Origin: Porphyridium purpureum
Taxonomy: Eukaryota
DNA: 64,000 bases
Reading direction: 5' to 3'
Assembly (NCBI GenBank): GCA_008690995.1
Contig: VRMN01000003.1
Coordinates: 1,426,001 to 1,490,000, forward strand
In this document: positions 20,811 to 31,459 of the stretch, one piece after another
How the letters are laid out: every line of letters starts with the position of its first letter
How positions within the stretch are numbered: the first letter of the stretch is position 1
The notes under the pieces: model-generated
What the model was told of the DNA's origin: nothing
The model's database searches: none
The model's input: only the letters and a program-made list of their open reading frames with translations
Translations under genes and position numbers: made by a program

Positions 20811-21683
20811 CTAGTAGTTGTACGACTTGGATCGCATCGCCGCCGCGGTGGCGGGATAGGTGTTGAACACAGACTCTTCGTACGAGCAGCCATGCGCAAA
20901 GTGGTCTCGGCCGTATGCCGCGGAGCTGTATCGCTCGGCGGTGGTCTTGCTCGCTGACTTTTGCGCGCTGCGGAAAGCAGTTGCAAGTGCGGCGACTCGC
21001 GCCTGCTCGGCCTGTCCCTTCGCGTTGCCCTCAACGCAGGACGAGGCGTACACGCCACCCGGGCATGCACGTTCCTTCATCTGGCGGTCGACGCTTGCGG
21101 CCATGTACTCCTCCTCGAGCGAGTCAGGGACCACGTAGCGGCTGCATGTGCGCATGGCCTCGGTCTTGCCCATCATGTACGCAGCCGAGAGCTTTGGGAA
21201 TCGCACGAACAGATCCTCCTCGTGCTGGCATTCGTGCGACGCAATGATCGCGTGGCGGCGGTTCTCGAACAGGGCGCGGGCCTTGGCAGCCGGTGACGCC
21301 TGCTTGGCGCGGAACGCGGCGGAGACGGCCATCGCGCGCTTCTCGTACGCGGCGCCCTTCACGGTTCCCTCTGTGCACTGGATGTCGTAAACTCCGTTCG
21401 GGCACGCGAATGCCTTGTACTGCATGGTCACGGACCTGGCGAAGAACTCGTCGGCCTTCTCCAAGATCTTCTTGGCCTGCGACTTATTTCTCGCGACGCG
21501 CGCGTTGAAGGACACGGTGCGGCGTTCGCGGGTGGCCGCGCGGTTCGGGAAGTTTGGCGAGCTCTTTGAGTCGTACCCGGTGAGCATGGTCAGCTGCGCC
21601 GGCTTAGCTGCGCGGCACACCAGCTTGTTCTCGGCGGGCGCACCCACCTGCACGCCATGGAATCCACTTACAAATGCAGCCAT
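20811..21683 (-). CDS. Phycoerythrin gamma subunit / chromophorylated rod linker (LR-gamma)
   Basis: MAAFVSG transit peptide and two internal repeats with GVY..xCxEG and CxxEE bilin-binding Cys motifs. Confidence 0.93.
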   Translation of the reverse strand: MAAFVSGFHGVQVGAPAENKLVCRAAKPAQLTMLTGYDSKSSPNFPNRAATRERRTVSFNARVARNKSQAKKILEKADEFFARSVTMQYKAFACPNGVYDIQCTEGTVKGAAYEKRAMAVSAAFRAKQASPAAKARALFENRRHAIIASHECQHEEDLFVRFPKLSAAYMMGKTEAMRTCSRYVVPDSLEEEYMAASVDRQMKERACPGGVYASSCVEGNAKGQAEQARVAALATAFRSAQKSASKTTAERYSSAAYGRDHFAHGCSYEESVFNTYPATAAAMRSKSYNY

Positions 21684-21815
21684 CTTGTTTCCCTGTTAAT
21701 CTATCTTCTTCTTCTCTTCCCTGCCCTGACACACTATCGTCTCTCTCTCTCTCTCACTCTCCCTCTCACCCCAGCTTCTACCTCTCCCTGACCCGGACCG
21801 ACGCGCCTGGCGTGC

Positions 21816-21821
21816 TTTATA
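21816..21821 (-). promoter_or_regulatory. Putative TATA box of the minus-strand gamma-linker gene
   Basis: TATAAA on the minus strand, about 25-30 bp before the purine-rich leader and about 135 bp before the ATG. Confidence 0.5.
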
Positions 21822-22573
21822 AGCTCGTATCTGGGCGAGCGTCGAGCGTCGTGCGAATCCAATCTTCTGCGCTATGACTTCTCGAGACCCACCGCGGACG
21901 GTAACGGGCTTTAGGGGCGCGCGGGCCGAATCATACGACTCGAAAATCAGCCGCGCGCTGTATCAAAACCGGCACGTGCTACTAGACACTCCCCCACGCA
22001 GCTCCCGCGAGATCGAACGCCACACACATCAATCAAGAACACACACCCCCCACCCCCACCGCCGCCTACCACGATACCCAACCCGTCGTGGAAGACAAGA
22101 AGAAAAAGGGCCTTTCTCTTTCTCGGTCTCTATCTCTCCTCCGCCTGTATTTTATTTCTTGACACGCTCAGATTTTTGTGATTCTACGCTACTAGGGGTG
22201 GGTTCCCGCTTCTCAAGTAGTGAAAGAATACCTCGTGCGGAGAGGTACATGAGGTGGTGTACCTGATGACTGCGTGAAGAAAGGGGAATGGGATAAGGTA
22301 CAGTGCACCTCGAGTTGAAGAGACGGTGTGGTGCGTCGCCTGGATTCGTGCGGAGATTCTTCGTTGGTTCGGCGTGCGCGGTTAGACTGCGGCGACGCGA
22401 TCTACATAGGCGTCACGTCGTGGTAGAGGCGGGAATAGGCGCTATACTCAGCGCGGCAGCATTAGAGTTGGGCGTTCTGTGAGGCGTGGGAGAAGGAGAG
22501 AGAGACACGGCGCAGAGTTGTGCGGTGGTGGTGGAGTTTTGGGGCGGGTGCGAGAAGGTAAGCGATAGAAACG

Positions 22574-23395
22574 ATGGCGGCTTTTGTTGGCAGCGCGGCA
22601 AGCGCGTTCACCGGTGCGTCCGCGGTCAAGGCGAACGAGAAGCGATCGGTATGCAGCCTGCAGATGGTGGCCATGCCCCAGACGGGGCTCGTCAACTCCA
22701 AGTTCTCCGCGCGCATGGCCAAGAAGACCGCCAAGCAGACCAAGAACAAGGTCGATGAGTACATGGCGCGCTCAGTCCAGCGCCAGTACAAGCAGGCCGC
22801 CGTCGCGACGGGCGTGTACGGCACGCAGTGCACGGAGGGCACCGTCAAGGGCGCCGCCGAGGCGTCGCGCAGCGCCGCCCTCTCGCGCCAGTTCCGCATC
22901 AAGCAGCGCTCAGCCTTCTCCAAGGCGCACGACCTGTTCGAGTTCCGCAAGCACGCCATTATCGCGGCCGCCGGGTGCTCGTACGAGGAGAAGATGGTGA
23001 CCCGATTCCCCAAGCTGGCAGCGGCTATGGTGCTTGGCCAGACCGAAATGATGCGCACGTGCTCGCGCTATGTCGTCCCAGAGTCTGTCGAGGAGGAGTA
23101 CATGGCGGCGTCTGTCGACAAGCAGATGAAGAGGCGCGGCGCCCCGGGTGGCGTCTACAGCCTGTCGTGTGCCGAGGGTGTCGCAAAGGGCCAGGCCGAG
23201 ATTGCTCGCGTCAGCGCATTGGGCGCTGCGTACCGCGCCGCGTCCAAGTCGGCCAGCGCAGTGACCGCGGAGCGCTACAACTCGATGGCGTACGGCCGAG
23301 TGCACTTTGCGCACGGCTGCTCGTACGAGGAGCAGCAGTTCAACAAGTACCCTGCGGCGGCGGCGGCGATGCGCTCTGACTCGTACGGCTACTAA
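22574..23395 (+). CDS. Phycoerythrin gamma subunit / chromophorylated rod linker (LR-gamma), paralog
   Basis: MAAFVGS transit peptide; GVYGTQCTEG, CSYEE, MRTCSRYVVPESVEEEYMAASVD; co-linear with 20811..21683. Confidence 0.93.
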   Translation: MAAFVGSAASAFTGASAVKANEKRSVCSLQMVAMPQTGLVNSKFSARMAKKTAKQTKNKVDEYMARSVQRQYKQAAVATGVYGTQCTEGTVKGAAEASRSAALSRQFRIKQRSAFSKAHDLFEFRKHAIIAAAGCSYEEKMVTRFPKLAAAMVLGQTEMMRTCSRYVVPESVEEEYMAASVDKQMKRRGAPGGVYSLSCAEGVAKGQAEIARVSALGAAYRAASKSASAVTAERYNSMAYGRVHFAHGCSYEEQQFNKYPAAAAAMRSDSYGY

Positions 23396-23632
23396 GCCGC
23401 GAGTGTCTGTCATTCCTAATAGTTACACACATGGTGGTGTAGGAGGAGGCGAAGTCGCGTGAGAGGCGCAGAGGTGCCTGGTGAGAAGAAGAAGGAAAAA
23501 AAAGAAACGTCCGTGGGTGTGTTTACTTGTGAAGGATTCATCTTTTGTCGGCTGTTCCTGTTCAGTGCCGATTTCCAAAGGTCACATCCCTCGAAATACT
23601 TTTTTTTTCCTACTTCCCGTATTCGCGTCTGC

Positions 23633-24709
23633 CTACACGACTTTCACAGTGGGCGTACCTGTCCACCACGCGGAGCCCAACAGGCCACGCACAGCAAGAA
23701 CTCCTCCAGCGACAACGGCAGCGGCACTTACGAGTGTGGCTACGTACCAGCCGTACTGGTAGCTGCGCGACATGCGCTTCCACTCGAGCCGTTCGCCCGG
23801 AAAGTGACCGTGCTTGTAGTAGTGCTTCAGAAGCTCGTCCTTCTCAGCGTACATTTTGTAAATCCACAGCTTGAGCGCCTCGTCATCGTGTGGAAGCTCC
23901 GACATGGGTATTCTGCGCTGGTGAACATGTATCACGCGATCCTCGTTCCACGCCCCCTGCCACAAGATCTTGGTAAATGACGGTAGCGGGTCGCGCGTGA
24001 CTGGTTCCTCGTCATAGCCAATTGTAATATCATACACAGCTGGGGTCACGCTCCTCAATTCGTGCACCATACTGATGAAGCCCTTGACGCGTGGCTGCAG
24101 AACGTGTTCCAACACTTGCAGATCGCGCTTCTTCGCAAAGTCCTGCGCTTGCTGAAGCTTTGCCGGCGTGAGCCGCGTGCCTTCGAGGTAGGAGATCATC
24201 CAGAAGGGAAACTGGGCATTTGGATCCGAGAGAAAGTTGAATGCCCGCCCAAACATGCGCGTGGCGCTCTCGGCGGAACGCTTGATGAACACACAAACCT
24301 TGGTCACGTGGCCGGCCAGGCCGTAGATAGGAAAGAAGATGAGCGGGAATTTGGCGAAGAACTTGACGTTGCCGTGAGCGCCGACCTGGCGCGCGCACGA
24401 GTAGATGACAATGGTGTCTGTCCACGAGCGGTGGTTGCTCAAAAACAGACACGACTCGTTCTCGCGAAACGCGTCGCCAGTGAGGCGCAGCGTGAGTCCG
24501 CCGAAATTCTCGAGCAGTCCAATGAGCGGCGACATCCACACGCGCAGAAAGGCGGCCTGTATTCTGCGGATGAGGAGGGGCTGTCTGAGCAGCGTCAGCG
24601 CCAGGATCGCGGTGCCGACGACTCCATCTGCGAGCACCACGGTGATCAGCATGTGCACCACAATGTACAGCGCGACGCACGGCGCCGTCACCACATCCAC
24701 GGCGGCCAT
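23633..24709 (-). CDS. 1-acyl-sn-glycerol-3-phosphate / lysophospholipid acyltransferase (LPAAT/LCLAT type)
   Basis: NHRSWTD (HX4D), FIKR, YLEGTR, VLQPRVKGF and AVYDITIGY. Start inferred. Confidence 0.92.
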   Translation of the reverse strand: MAAVDVVTAPCVALYIVVHMLITVVLADGVVGTAILALTLLRQPLLIRRIQAAFLRVWMSPLIGLLENFGGLTLRLTGDAFRENESCLFLSNHRSWTDTIVIYSCARQVGAHGNVKFFAKFPLIFFPIYGLAGHVTKVCVFIKRSAESATRMFGRAFNFLSDPNAQFPFWMISYLEGTRLTPAKLQQAQDFAKKRDLQVLEHVLQPRVKGFISMVHELRSVTPAVYDITIGYDEEPVTRDPLPSFTKILWQGAWNEDRVIHVHQRRIPMSELPHDDEALKLWIYKMYAEKDELLKHYYKHGHFPGERLEWKRMSRSYQYGWYVATLVSAAAVVAGGVLAVRGLLGSAWWTGTPTVKVV

Positions 24710-25016
24710 TCCTCCACGACGCAAGCCCCGGACACTTGACAATCTCTTTCTGCTCCACGTCCCGCTTTCCACTTGCCCCCCATCCCTCACCTCTTCAACC
24801 GTTTGCCCTCCGCTTTCACCTTCCTTCTAAATCACCAGCCGCCATCCATTGTTCTTCTTCCTACTAAACAAACACAAACACGCTTTCTGTTTTCAGTCCA
24901 AACCACCCGCCTTTCGCGGTTGTGCGCGCGGAAATCATGAGCAAGACGCGTTTTGATATAAATACACTGTACACAACACGCTGTACCTCTCGCTAGTGAA
25001 CATGTTTGTACAGTCT

Positions 25017-25030
25017 GTGTGTGTGTGTGT
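25017..25030 (+). repeat. (TG)n microsatellite
   Basis: tgtgtgtgtgtgtg; further imperfect TG tracts at about 25261-25298. Confidence 0.85.
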
Positions 25031-25645
25031 TGGAGCGTGGAACCCTAATCTCGTGTGGGTACAGTGCTGCTGCCGGTGTGCGCGCACGCGTCGCTCACGG
25101 GTGGGACGCGCGTGCTTGAGCGCGGCGTACAGCGCGCGGGCGCGGGTGGCCTAGTAGCAAGCGGCTGTTTCGTGATTTTCGCGGGGCTGTTTTCAAAGGC
25201 CCGCGCGGCAGCCGCTGGCTTGGGTAGAAGCAGGAGGGAGGGCGGAAGCTCGTGTTCACTTGCGTGCGTGTGTGTGTGTTTGTGCGTGTGTGCGTGTCTG
25301 CATGCACAGGAACCTAGGGGCGACACAGTGGAAGGGGTATTGCGGGGGGGGGGGAGAAGGGCGGCAAGGAGGGGGGAAGCGGCGGGGGAGACGCGGGTCG
25401 GCTCAGTCCGGATTTAATTTTGAGTTGGATTGATGTGAACAAAAGGCGCAGCATTCACTCGCCGCGACAAAGAAGTGCTGCTCGTGCGGCCCGTGTCCCA
25501 AGTGCTTTTGGTGTGGTGCTTGTTGTTGTGATTGTCGTCGCCGTCATCCCTTTGGCGCTTCTTTTGGGGCAGCGGATGGGAAGATTCGCTCAGCCTTCAT
25601 AAAACTGGAGCGGAGATATCGCAGAAGATCGTGGTCGTCGCAGCG

Positions 25646-28150
25646 ATGGAGCTTGCGTATCACTGCGCGACGCCTGTCACGCTGGCAGGCGGCGGCAGCA
25701 GGAGCGAGGACAGAATGGGTGCGAGCGCGAAACTGAGAAGCATGCGGAGCACGAGAAGGGCCAGCGTCTTGCGCTCATCGTTCGCTGCTGCCCTGCGCTT
25801 TAAGCATAGGCGTGCGGAGTCTCGAACTTCCACTTGCTCGCCCCTGTTGGCAACGGCTTCCCCGTCGTCCTCATCTTCATCTTCTGCGTCTTCATGGAAT
25901 GACATTGAGCTCGAATCGGTGCTGAAGGCGAGGTCCATGGCAAAGTCGGGCAACGCTAGGCCTTCCTCCTCATCGTCATCATCATTGCCGTCTTCAGTGT
26001 CGGCATCAGCCTCTGGAAACGGCACCGTAAAAGCCGAGCATGAAGCATCGGATGGTGTGCAAGCCGCTGCGCCTGTCACGGACTGGAACCCTAGCGATTT
26101 CGCAGAAACGCGCGGTGGGCTCGAACAGGACAGTGCGACCGGATTCAGCATATCGTCGGATGCGCTCAGCGCGAGTGCCGTGGCCTCGTCGATAACAACG
26201 CCGGTTCCAAGCATGCCGAGAAAGGCGATTCCGGTCCGAAGGGCACAGGAGCCCCCTTCACCAAATCCAATGGGGAGCCCGGATCTGGCTGGGCGGGCTT
26301 CGTCAAACGGCGTCCCTCCTCAGCTCGAGCTCTCCAATGCGTCAGACGAAATGGAAAAGGGCTGGTCAAAAAGAGGCACCTCGCTGGCGTGGGTTCGCGC
26401 GCTGGAGGTCTGGGGATTTTTCTTGAAATTTCTCTTTGCCGAGCTCAAGTTGCGGAAGAAGACCGTCGAGGAACGCGCAAAAGCGCGCGAAATACTTTCG
26501 GTCACACTGCGGAAAGGACTGCTGGCCCTAGGACCGACCTTCATTAAGGTTGGTCAGCTTCTGTCAACGCGAGTGGATATTATTCCGGAGCAATACGTGA
26601 AAGAGCTTTGCCTGCTTCAGGACCGCGTGCCGGGCTTTTCTGCAGAACGGGCACGTAGTATTATCGTGAATGACTTGGGAGTCGAGGCAGACGAGCTCTT
26701 TGACAGTTTTGACAGTCAGCCAATCGCGGCTGCCTCGCTTGGCCAAGTGCACCGGGCAGTGTATCGAGGCCGCGAAGTGGTCGTGAAAATACAGCGGGCG
26801 GGGCTGAAGGAACTTTTTGATATGGACTTGAAAAACCTCAAGTTATTGGCCGTGCTGCTGGACAAGATTGACCCGAAAACGGATGGCGCGGACCGAAACT
26901 GGGTGGGCATTTATGACGAATCAGCCAAGTTACTGTACCAAGAAATCGACTATGAACTGGAGGCGGAAAACGCGAAACGTTTCGCGTACAACTTTCGGGA
27001 TATTGAATGGGTGAAGGTCCCGGAAGTGTTTGAGGAGGCCTCGGCCGCACGAGTGTTGACGTTGGAGTACTGTCCAGGCGTGAAGACGAGTGACGTGGAA
27101 GGTATCAAAAGGCTGGGGCTTGACCCGGTGAAAATTGCCGCGCGCTCGGGTGAGTCTTACTTGAACCAATTGCTGCGACACGGCTTCTTTCATTGCGACC
27201 CGCACCCAGGAAACGTGGCCGTGGATTCGACTGCGGGCGGTAGACTAGTGTACTACGATTTTGGTATGATGGCAGAGCTCGAGCCTCGCGTCAAGCGGGG
27301 CCTTGTGGAGCTTGTGTTCGGTGTCTTTGAAGGCAGCTCAAAGGAAGTTTGTGACGCCCTAGAGAAGATGGGCGTGCTTCGGCCCAATGTGGACCGAGTC
27401 TCGGTCGAGAAAGTGGGTCGGTTTTTCCTCGACGCATTTCGCTCCGTGAGTGTCATGCCCAAAATGAGTAATGATCCGGCCAAGCAGAAGGCAATTGTAG
27501 CCGAAAAGATGACTTCGAGGCTGTCGACTATTGGAAGTGACTTACTAACACTCACCGATGACGCGCCGTTTCGCTTCCCGGCAACCTTTACTTTTGTCTT
27601 TCGAGCCTTTACGACGCTCGAGGGAATCGGCAAGACTTTGGACCCATCTTACGATTTGACTCGGATCGCACAGCCTTATTTGAAGGATCTGCTGGACTTG
27701 AAAGATGGGTCGGCATTTGTGTCGATCGCGAAGTCCTGGCAGAAGCGGTTGGGCTGGAGATGGGAGGATATCAAATCCTTGGTCCAGGCGCCGCGCCGTG
27801 TTGCCTATGTGTCGCAGACGCTCGAGAAAATGGAACAGGGTGACTTGAAAGTACGCGTGCGCGCGTTGGAGAACGAGCAGAGCTTCAAGAGAGTGACGGC
27901 GCTTCTGGAAGTTCTCGGGACAGCGCTGATCACTAGTCTGTTTCTGAATGCGGCCTTGATGTTTTCGGTTTCGTCTGGCACTGCGACATTGGTGACCAGT
28001 GCCAGTTCTGGTGCAGTGGCCCAGCGCTTCACCCGCTGCGCCAAACTAATGTGGATTCTCGCGTTCCTGACGGGCGCGCGAACGTTGATTTCAATTTTTA
28101 AGGTCGCTGGCATCGACAAGAAGCAGAAGCGATTCAGTGGGAACACCTAG
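25646..28150 (+). CDS. ABC1/UbiB atypical kinase, plastid ABC1K7/8-like
   Basis: LGPTFIKVGQLLSTR, PIAAASLGQVH, VVKIQR, FFHCDPHPGN and YYDFGMM, with a C-terminal TM and a long Ser-rich N-terminus. Start inferred. Confidence 0.93.
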   Translation: MELAYHCATPVTLAGGGSRSEDRMGASAKLRSMRSTRRASVLRSSFAAALRFKHRRAESRTSTCSPLLATASPSSSSSSSASSWNDIELESVLKARSMAKSGNARPSSSSSSSLPSSVSASASGNGTVKAEHEASDGVQAAAPVTDWNPSDFAETRGGLEQDSATGFSISSDALSASAVASSITTPVPSMPRKAIPVRRAQEPPSPNPMGSPDLAGRASSNGVPPQLELSNASDEMEKGWSKRGTSLAWVRALEVWGFFLKFLFAELKLRKKTVEERAKAREILSVTLRKGLLALGPTFIKVGQLLSTRVDIIPEQYVKELCLLQDRVPGFSAERARSIIVNDLGVEADELFDSFDSQPIAAASLGQVHRAVYRGREVVVKIQRAGLKELFDMDLKNLKLLAVLLDKIDPKTDGADRNWVGIYDESAKLLYQEIDYELEAENAKRFAYNFRDIEWVKVPEVFEEASAARVLTLEYCPGVKTSDVEGIKRLGLDPVKIAARSGESYLNQLLRHGFFHCDPHPGNVAVDSTAGGRLVYYDFGMMAELEPRVKRGLVELVFGVFEGSSKEVCDALEKMGVLRPNVDRVSVEKVGRFFLDAFRSVSVMPKMSNDPAKQKAIVAEKMTSRLSTIGSDLLTLTDDAPFRFPATFTFVFRAFTTLEGIGKTLDPSYDLTRIAQPYLKDLLDLKDGSAFVSIAKSWQKRLGWRWEDIKSLVQAPRRVAYVSQTLEKMEQGDLKVRVRALENEQSFKRVTALLEVLGTALITSLFLNAALMFSVSSGTATLVTSASSGAVAQRFTRCAKLMWILAFLTGARTLISIFKVAGIDKKQKRFSGNT

Positions 28151-28615
28151 AGATTTGTGCCGCGATGTATAGACATTCACTTTGCAGGTAGAAGTATGTA
28201 AAAGGTAATGGACTCTTAGATGAATTCTCCTTGGCGGATGAGTGCTCTCACTGGCGAACCAAGTACGAGGCCAGATGACCTGCGGCTTCTGGCGAGACAT
28301 GCTCGTCTAATAAGCTTGCAAGAAGTCACGAGGATGATTGGAGGATCACTGAACGCGAATCGTTCGAGGCGAAATCCCTGCCTCGGAAATCTGAATGAAC
28401 CTCGGCCGCGATGAATGCCGAATGGCGGCAGCGGATGAAGCGCAGCGGGTTAGCAAGGTTTGCGGATGATGTGCGCGCACTCCAATACTCACGGTGTCCC
28501 CTGCTGTCCCTGAGATCTGAACGTACAAAGCAAAGCATTTAGCGAGATGTGCTCCAACGCTCAGGGTACACGACGCACAAAAGGAAGACAAGAGCTAAAA
28601 TCACATTCTTTATCT

Positions 28616-29779
28616 TTAAGCGGAGGACTTCATTGAACCCAAAAACTTGGCCTTCTCCTCCGATGTCTGCCAGCGTCCATGGCCCATCTTGCTGCTTGTG
28701 TCGATAAATTTGAGGTTGATCTCCTCCAATGCGTTGCGGCTCGTCTGCGGAATGAGGGACTTTCGCAGCACAACCATTCGCTTCCTAATTCCAACGCATG
28801 AGCCACGGATCATCACAAAGTCCTCGTTCACCCTACCATAATGAGGGAAACCACCCATCGGAGTGATTGCCTTCTCAGTGAGATCAAAGTCGGTGATCGC
28901 ATTCTTTGTATCTTCTCCTTTGCCCACGCGGAATACCTTCAGGTTGATCTGAGTGCGGTGGTGGTATCCATTCTGACCAGCGCGCGGAGTCTGGTAAGAC
29001 ACTCGAGCGGGATGCCATGCACCAATGCAAGCCACCTTTCGCAGACCGCGATGCGTCTTGCGCGGCAGGCGCGTTACGCCCCATCGAGTGATGACGCCCT
29101 CAAAGCCCTTACCCTTTGTGATACCGATCGCGTCAATCATCTCATCCTTGGAGAAGACTGCGTCCACTGGAACGGTCTTCTCGAACAAGCCCTGCGCAAA
29201 CTCGAGCTTGTCTGATACTGAGCCACCATTTACCTGGATCTCCATCACGTGCGCCTTCTTCTGTCGCAGTTTGAGCTTGCGCATCTGAGTGTGCACAAGC
29301 ACGCGCACAATCTGGCAGTGCTTCTTGATCATCTCAATATCCTGAGTCACGTTGCCCTTTTCACCATACTTTGCCTTTGCGTATTTGGTGAATGCCTTTT
29401 TCTTCGACTTGTACCAGTTCTTGTAGCACACGCGGCGGAATTCGTCGTTCAGATGCTCAGCAAAGACTGTCTTGAGTGCGCGCAGGCCACGCGGTGTCTC
29501 CACGTACCCGACCAGCCCGACCACGACCACTGGCGGCGCTTCAAGAATCGTCACGGCGTCGACGACTTCTTTCTTGTGCACCTTGGACCCCGGCTTATCG
29601 ACGTCACGCACCACGTGCGTCATTCCGGCCTTGTACACCGGGAACGCCGTCAGCGCGCATTTCTTCGACGGGTCGTCCTTCGGGAACGTCTTGACCTTTC
29701 CGTGCGACCTGCGGCAGCGCTTGCGCGGCAGAAATCCCAGCGATCCGTGTCGCGGGCGCTCAAACTTGCGATGCGACAT
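28616..29779 (-). CDS. RPL3: Cytosolic 60S ribosomal protein L3 (uL3)
   Basis: [21 protein letters not shown]...[10 protein letters not shown]. Confidence 0.99.
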   Translation of the reverse strand: MSHRKFERPRHGSLGFLPRKRCRRSHGKVKTFPKDDPSKKCALTAFPVYKAGMTHVVRDVDKPGSKVHKKEVVDAVTILEAPPVVVVGLVGYVETPRGLRALKTVFAEHLNDEFRRVCYKNWYKSKKKAFTKYAKAKYGEKGNVTQDIEMIKKHCQIVRVLVHTQMRKLKLRQKKAHVMEIQVNGGSVSDKLEFAQGLFEKTVPVDAVFSKDEMIDAIGITKGKGFEGVITRWGVTRLPRKTHRGLRKVACIGAWHPARVSYQTPRAGQNGYHHRTQINLKVFRVGKGEDTKNAITDFDLTEKAITPMGGFPHYGRVNEDFVMIRGSCVGIRKRMVVLRKSLIPQTSRNALEEINLKFIDTSSKMGHGRWQTSEEKAKFLGSMKSSA

Positions 29780-29977
29780 CTTATCCCTGTCCTCACTGTC
29801 TTCCGCACACTCCCCGTTCTCACCTCACCTTCCCCCTCTCCTATCCTTCAAACCTTCTCACCCCACCCTTATTGTCCCGCCGGCGTCTCTCCATCTAAAA
29901 CACACTCGTTTCATTGAAAGAAAGAAAAGTCACTTTCGTTCGTAGCGCCTGTCTGGGGGTTTTGGACGCCGTGCCCA

Positions 29978-30027
29978 ACCCTCGTTCTAACTGAGTATGG
30001 ACCCTCATTCTAACCATGCTAGGGTTT
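29978..30027. promoter_or_regulatory. Candidate elements of the RPL3/uL4m bidirectional promoter: 14-bp direct repeat plus telo-box
   Basis: ACCCTCGTTCTAAC at 29978, ACCCTCATTCTAAC at 30001, and CTAGGGTTT (reverse complement AAACCCTAG) at 30019. Confidence 0.55.
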
Positions 30028-30129
30028 GAATCCGTTTGCTCGGTTGTCGCGAAAGGTGAAGGAGGAAGCTAGCATCGAAGACGTGTCGACCACACGGCGC
30101 GTGTGGAGCTGCATTTCCAGCGACACGGC

Positions 30130-31161
30130 ATGCGTTCGATCGTCGCCGCGAGCTGCATGCGGCAGCTGTCTGGACAGCATGCTTCGCGCGGGGGAGGCCG
30201 GGGCTTGACCCGTCGCTTCGAGCTGACGAGCAGTATTTATAATTGGGCGTGTGGAAAGGGCGCCGTACAATGCAGATCGATTAGTGGAACGGGCGCGTGC
30301 TTGGTGGCCAGAAAACTTCCGGCAAAGCCATCTTTCTCCGCTCCACTTGTAGGGGAATCTGCTGCGGTCAGGTCGCGTAGCATGGTTGGGAAGCTCGTGC
30401 AGAGCGTGCAGCCTGATAGTGCCGTGACGCTTTCCGTGCCGGGGGTTGAGGAGCAAGCCATGCGGATGCGCTTCGACATCCCGGACTGGGCCGGGGCGGA
30501 CCGTGAGGCGCTGATTTACAAATCAGTCACTGATTTCACACCGATCGGATTGACCATGATTTCGGGACGGCTCTTCAATGCGCCCGTGCGTCCCGATATC
30601 GTGCACGAGGTCGTGGTCTGGCAGCTCGCAAAGCGGCGCGCCGGAACTGCAAAGCAAAAAGGGCGCTCGGAGGTGCATTACTCGACGCGTAAACTGCGGC
30701 CGCAAAAGGGAACAGGACGAGCGCGACTGGGCTCGCGTGGCGCCATGCATTTGGTGGGTGGCGGGCGCGCTCATCCAAAGCGCCCGCGCAATTTTGACTA
30801 TCCGCTTCCCGTACCATTTAGACGGAATGGGCTGCGCTCGGTTTTGACGACAAAGTATGCGTCTGGGCATCTCTGGATTGTGGAGAACTGCGATATTCCT
30901 GAAGTGAACTCACTCATTCTTGAGGACGCGTTTGTCAAGTTGGGGTGGGAGTCTGTGATGATATGTGACTGGAATGCCAACGGTGAAAGGAATGTCACCA
31001 CCAACACAGACTTGGCGCAGTTGCCTATGGAGAATGTACTCATGATCAAGCCGGAAGGCCTGAATGTATACGATTTATTGAGTTTTGACCATGTCGTTCT
31101 GACTTTGCCGGCCCTGCACAAACTTGAAGAGCGATACACCATGCACAACGAGTTGTATTAG
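30130..31161 (+). CDS. MRPL4: Organellar (probably mitochondrial) ribosomal protein L4 (uL4m)
   Basis: RPDIVHEVVVWQLAKRRAGT, PQKGTGRARLGS, GGGRAHPKRP and GLNVYDLL, with a long Arg/Ser-rich presequence. Start inferred. Confidence 0.9.
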   Translation: MRSIVAASCMRQLSGQHASRGGGRGLTRRFELTSSIYNWACGKGAVQCRSISGTGACLVARKLPAKPSFSAPLVGESAAVRSRSMVGKLVQSVQPDSAVTLSVPGVEEQAMRMRFDIPDWAGADREALIYKSVTDFTPIGLTMISGRLFNAPVRPDIVHEVVVWQLAKRRAGTAKQKGRSEVHYSTRKLRPQKGTGRARLGSRGAMHLVGGGRAHPKRPRNFDYPLPVPFRRNGLRSVLTTKYASGHLWIVENCDIPEVNSLILEDAFVKLGWESVMICDWNANGERNVTTNTDLAQLPMENVLMIKPEGLNVYDLLSFDHVVLTLPALHKLEERYTMHNELY

Positions 31162-31459
31162 CAATCTGTAAAGCCAGTGAGTTCGCGCGCCATAATGTTT
31201 ATTGTAAACGCTCAGAACATTTACTGTCCCGTCTCAGAGAATGGGCAAACGTGGAGTGGATCGAGTCATTCGAGTAGGACCTTGTTTACATGTGCAATTT
31301 GAATTTGCGCGGTAATGACAAACAACTAGATAGAAAATTGATCGCACATGAATTGCTTGGACTTCGCCGAGCATAACCAGCCGCGTACTGCCTCGTCATC
31401 CTGACCAAGCATGACCTTGCACACGCTTTGCCAAACAATGTTGGGGTTTACAAAAGCCC

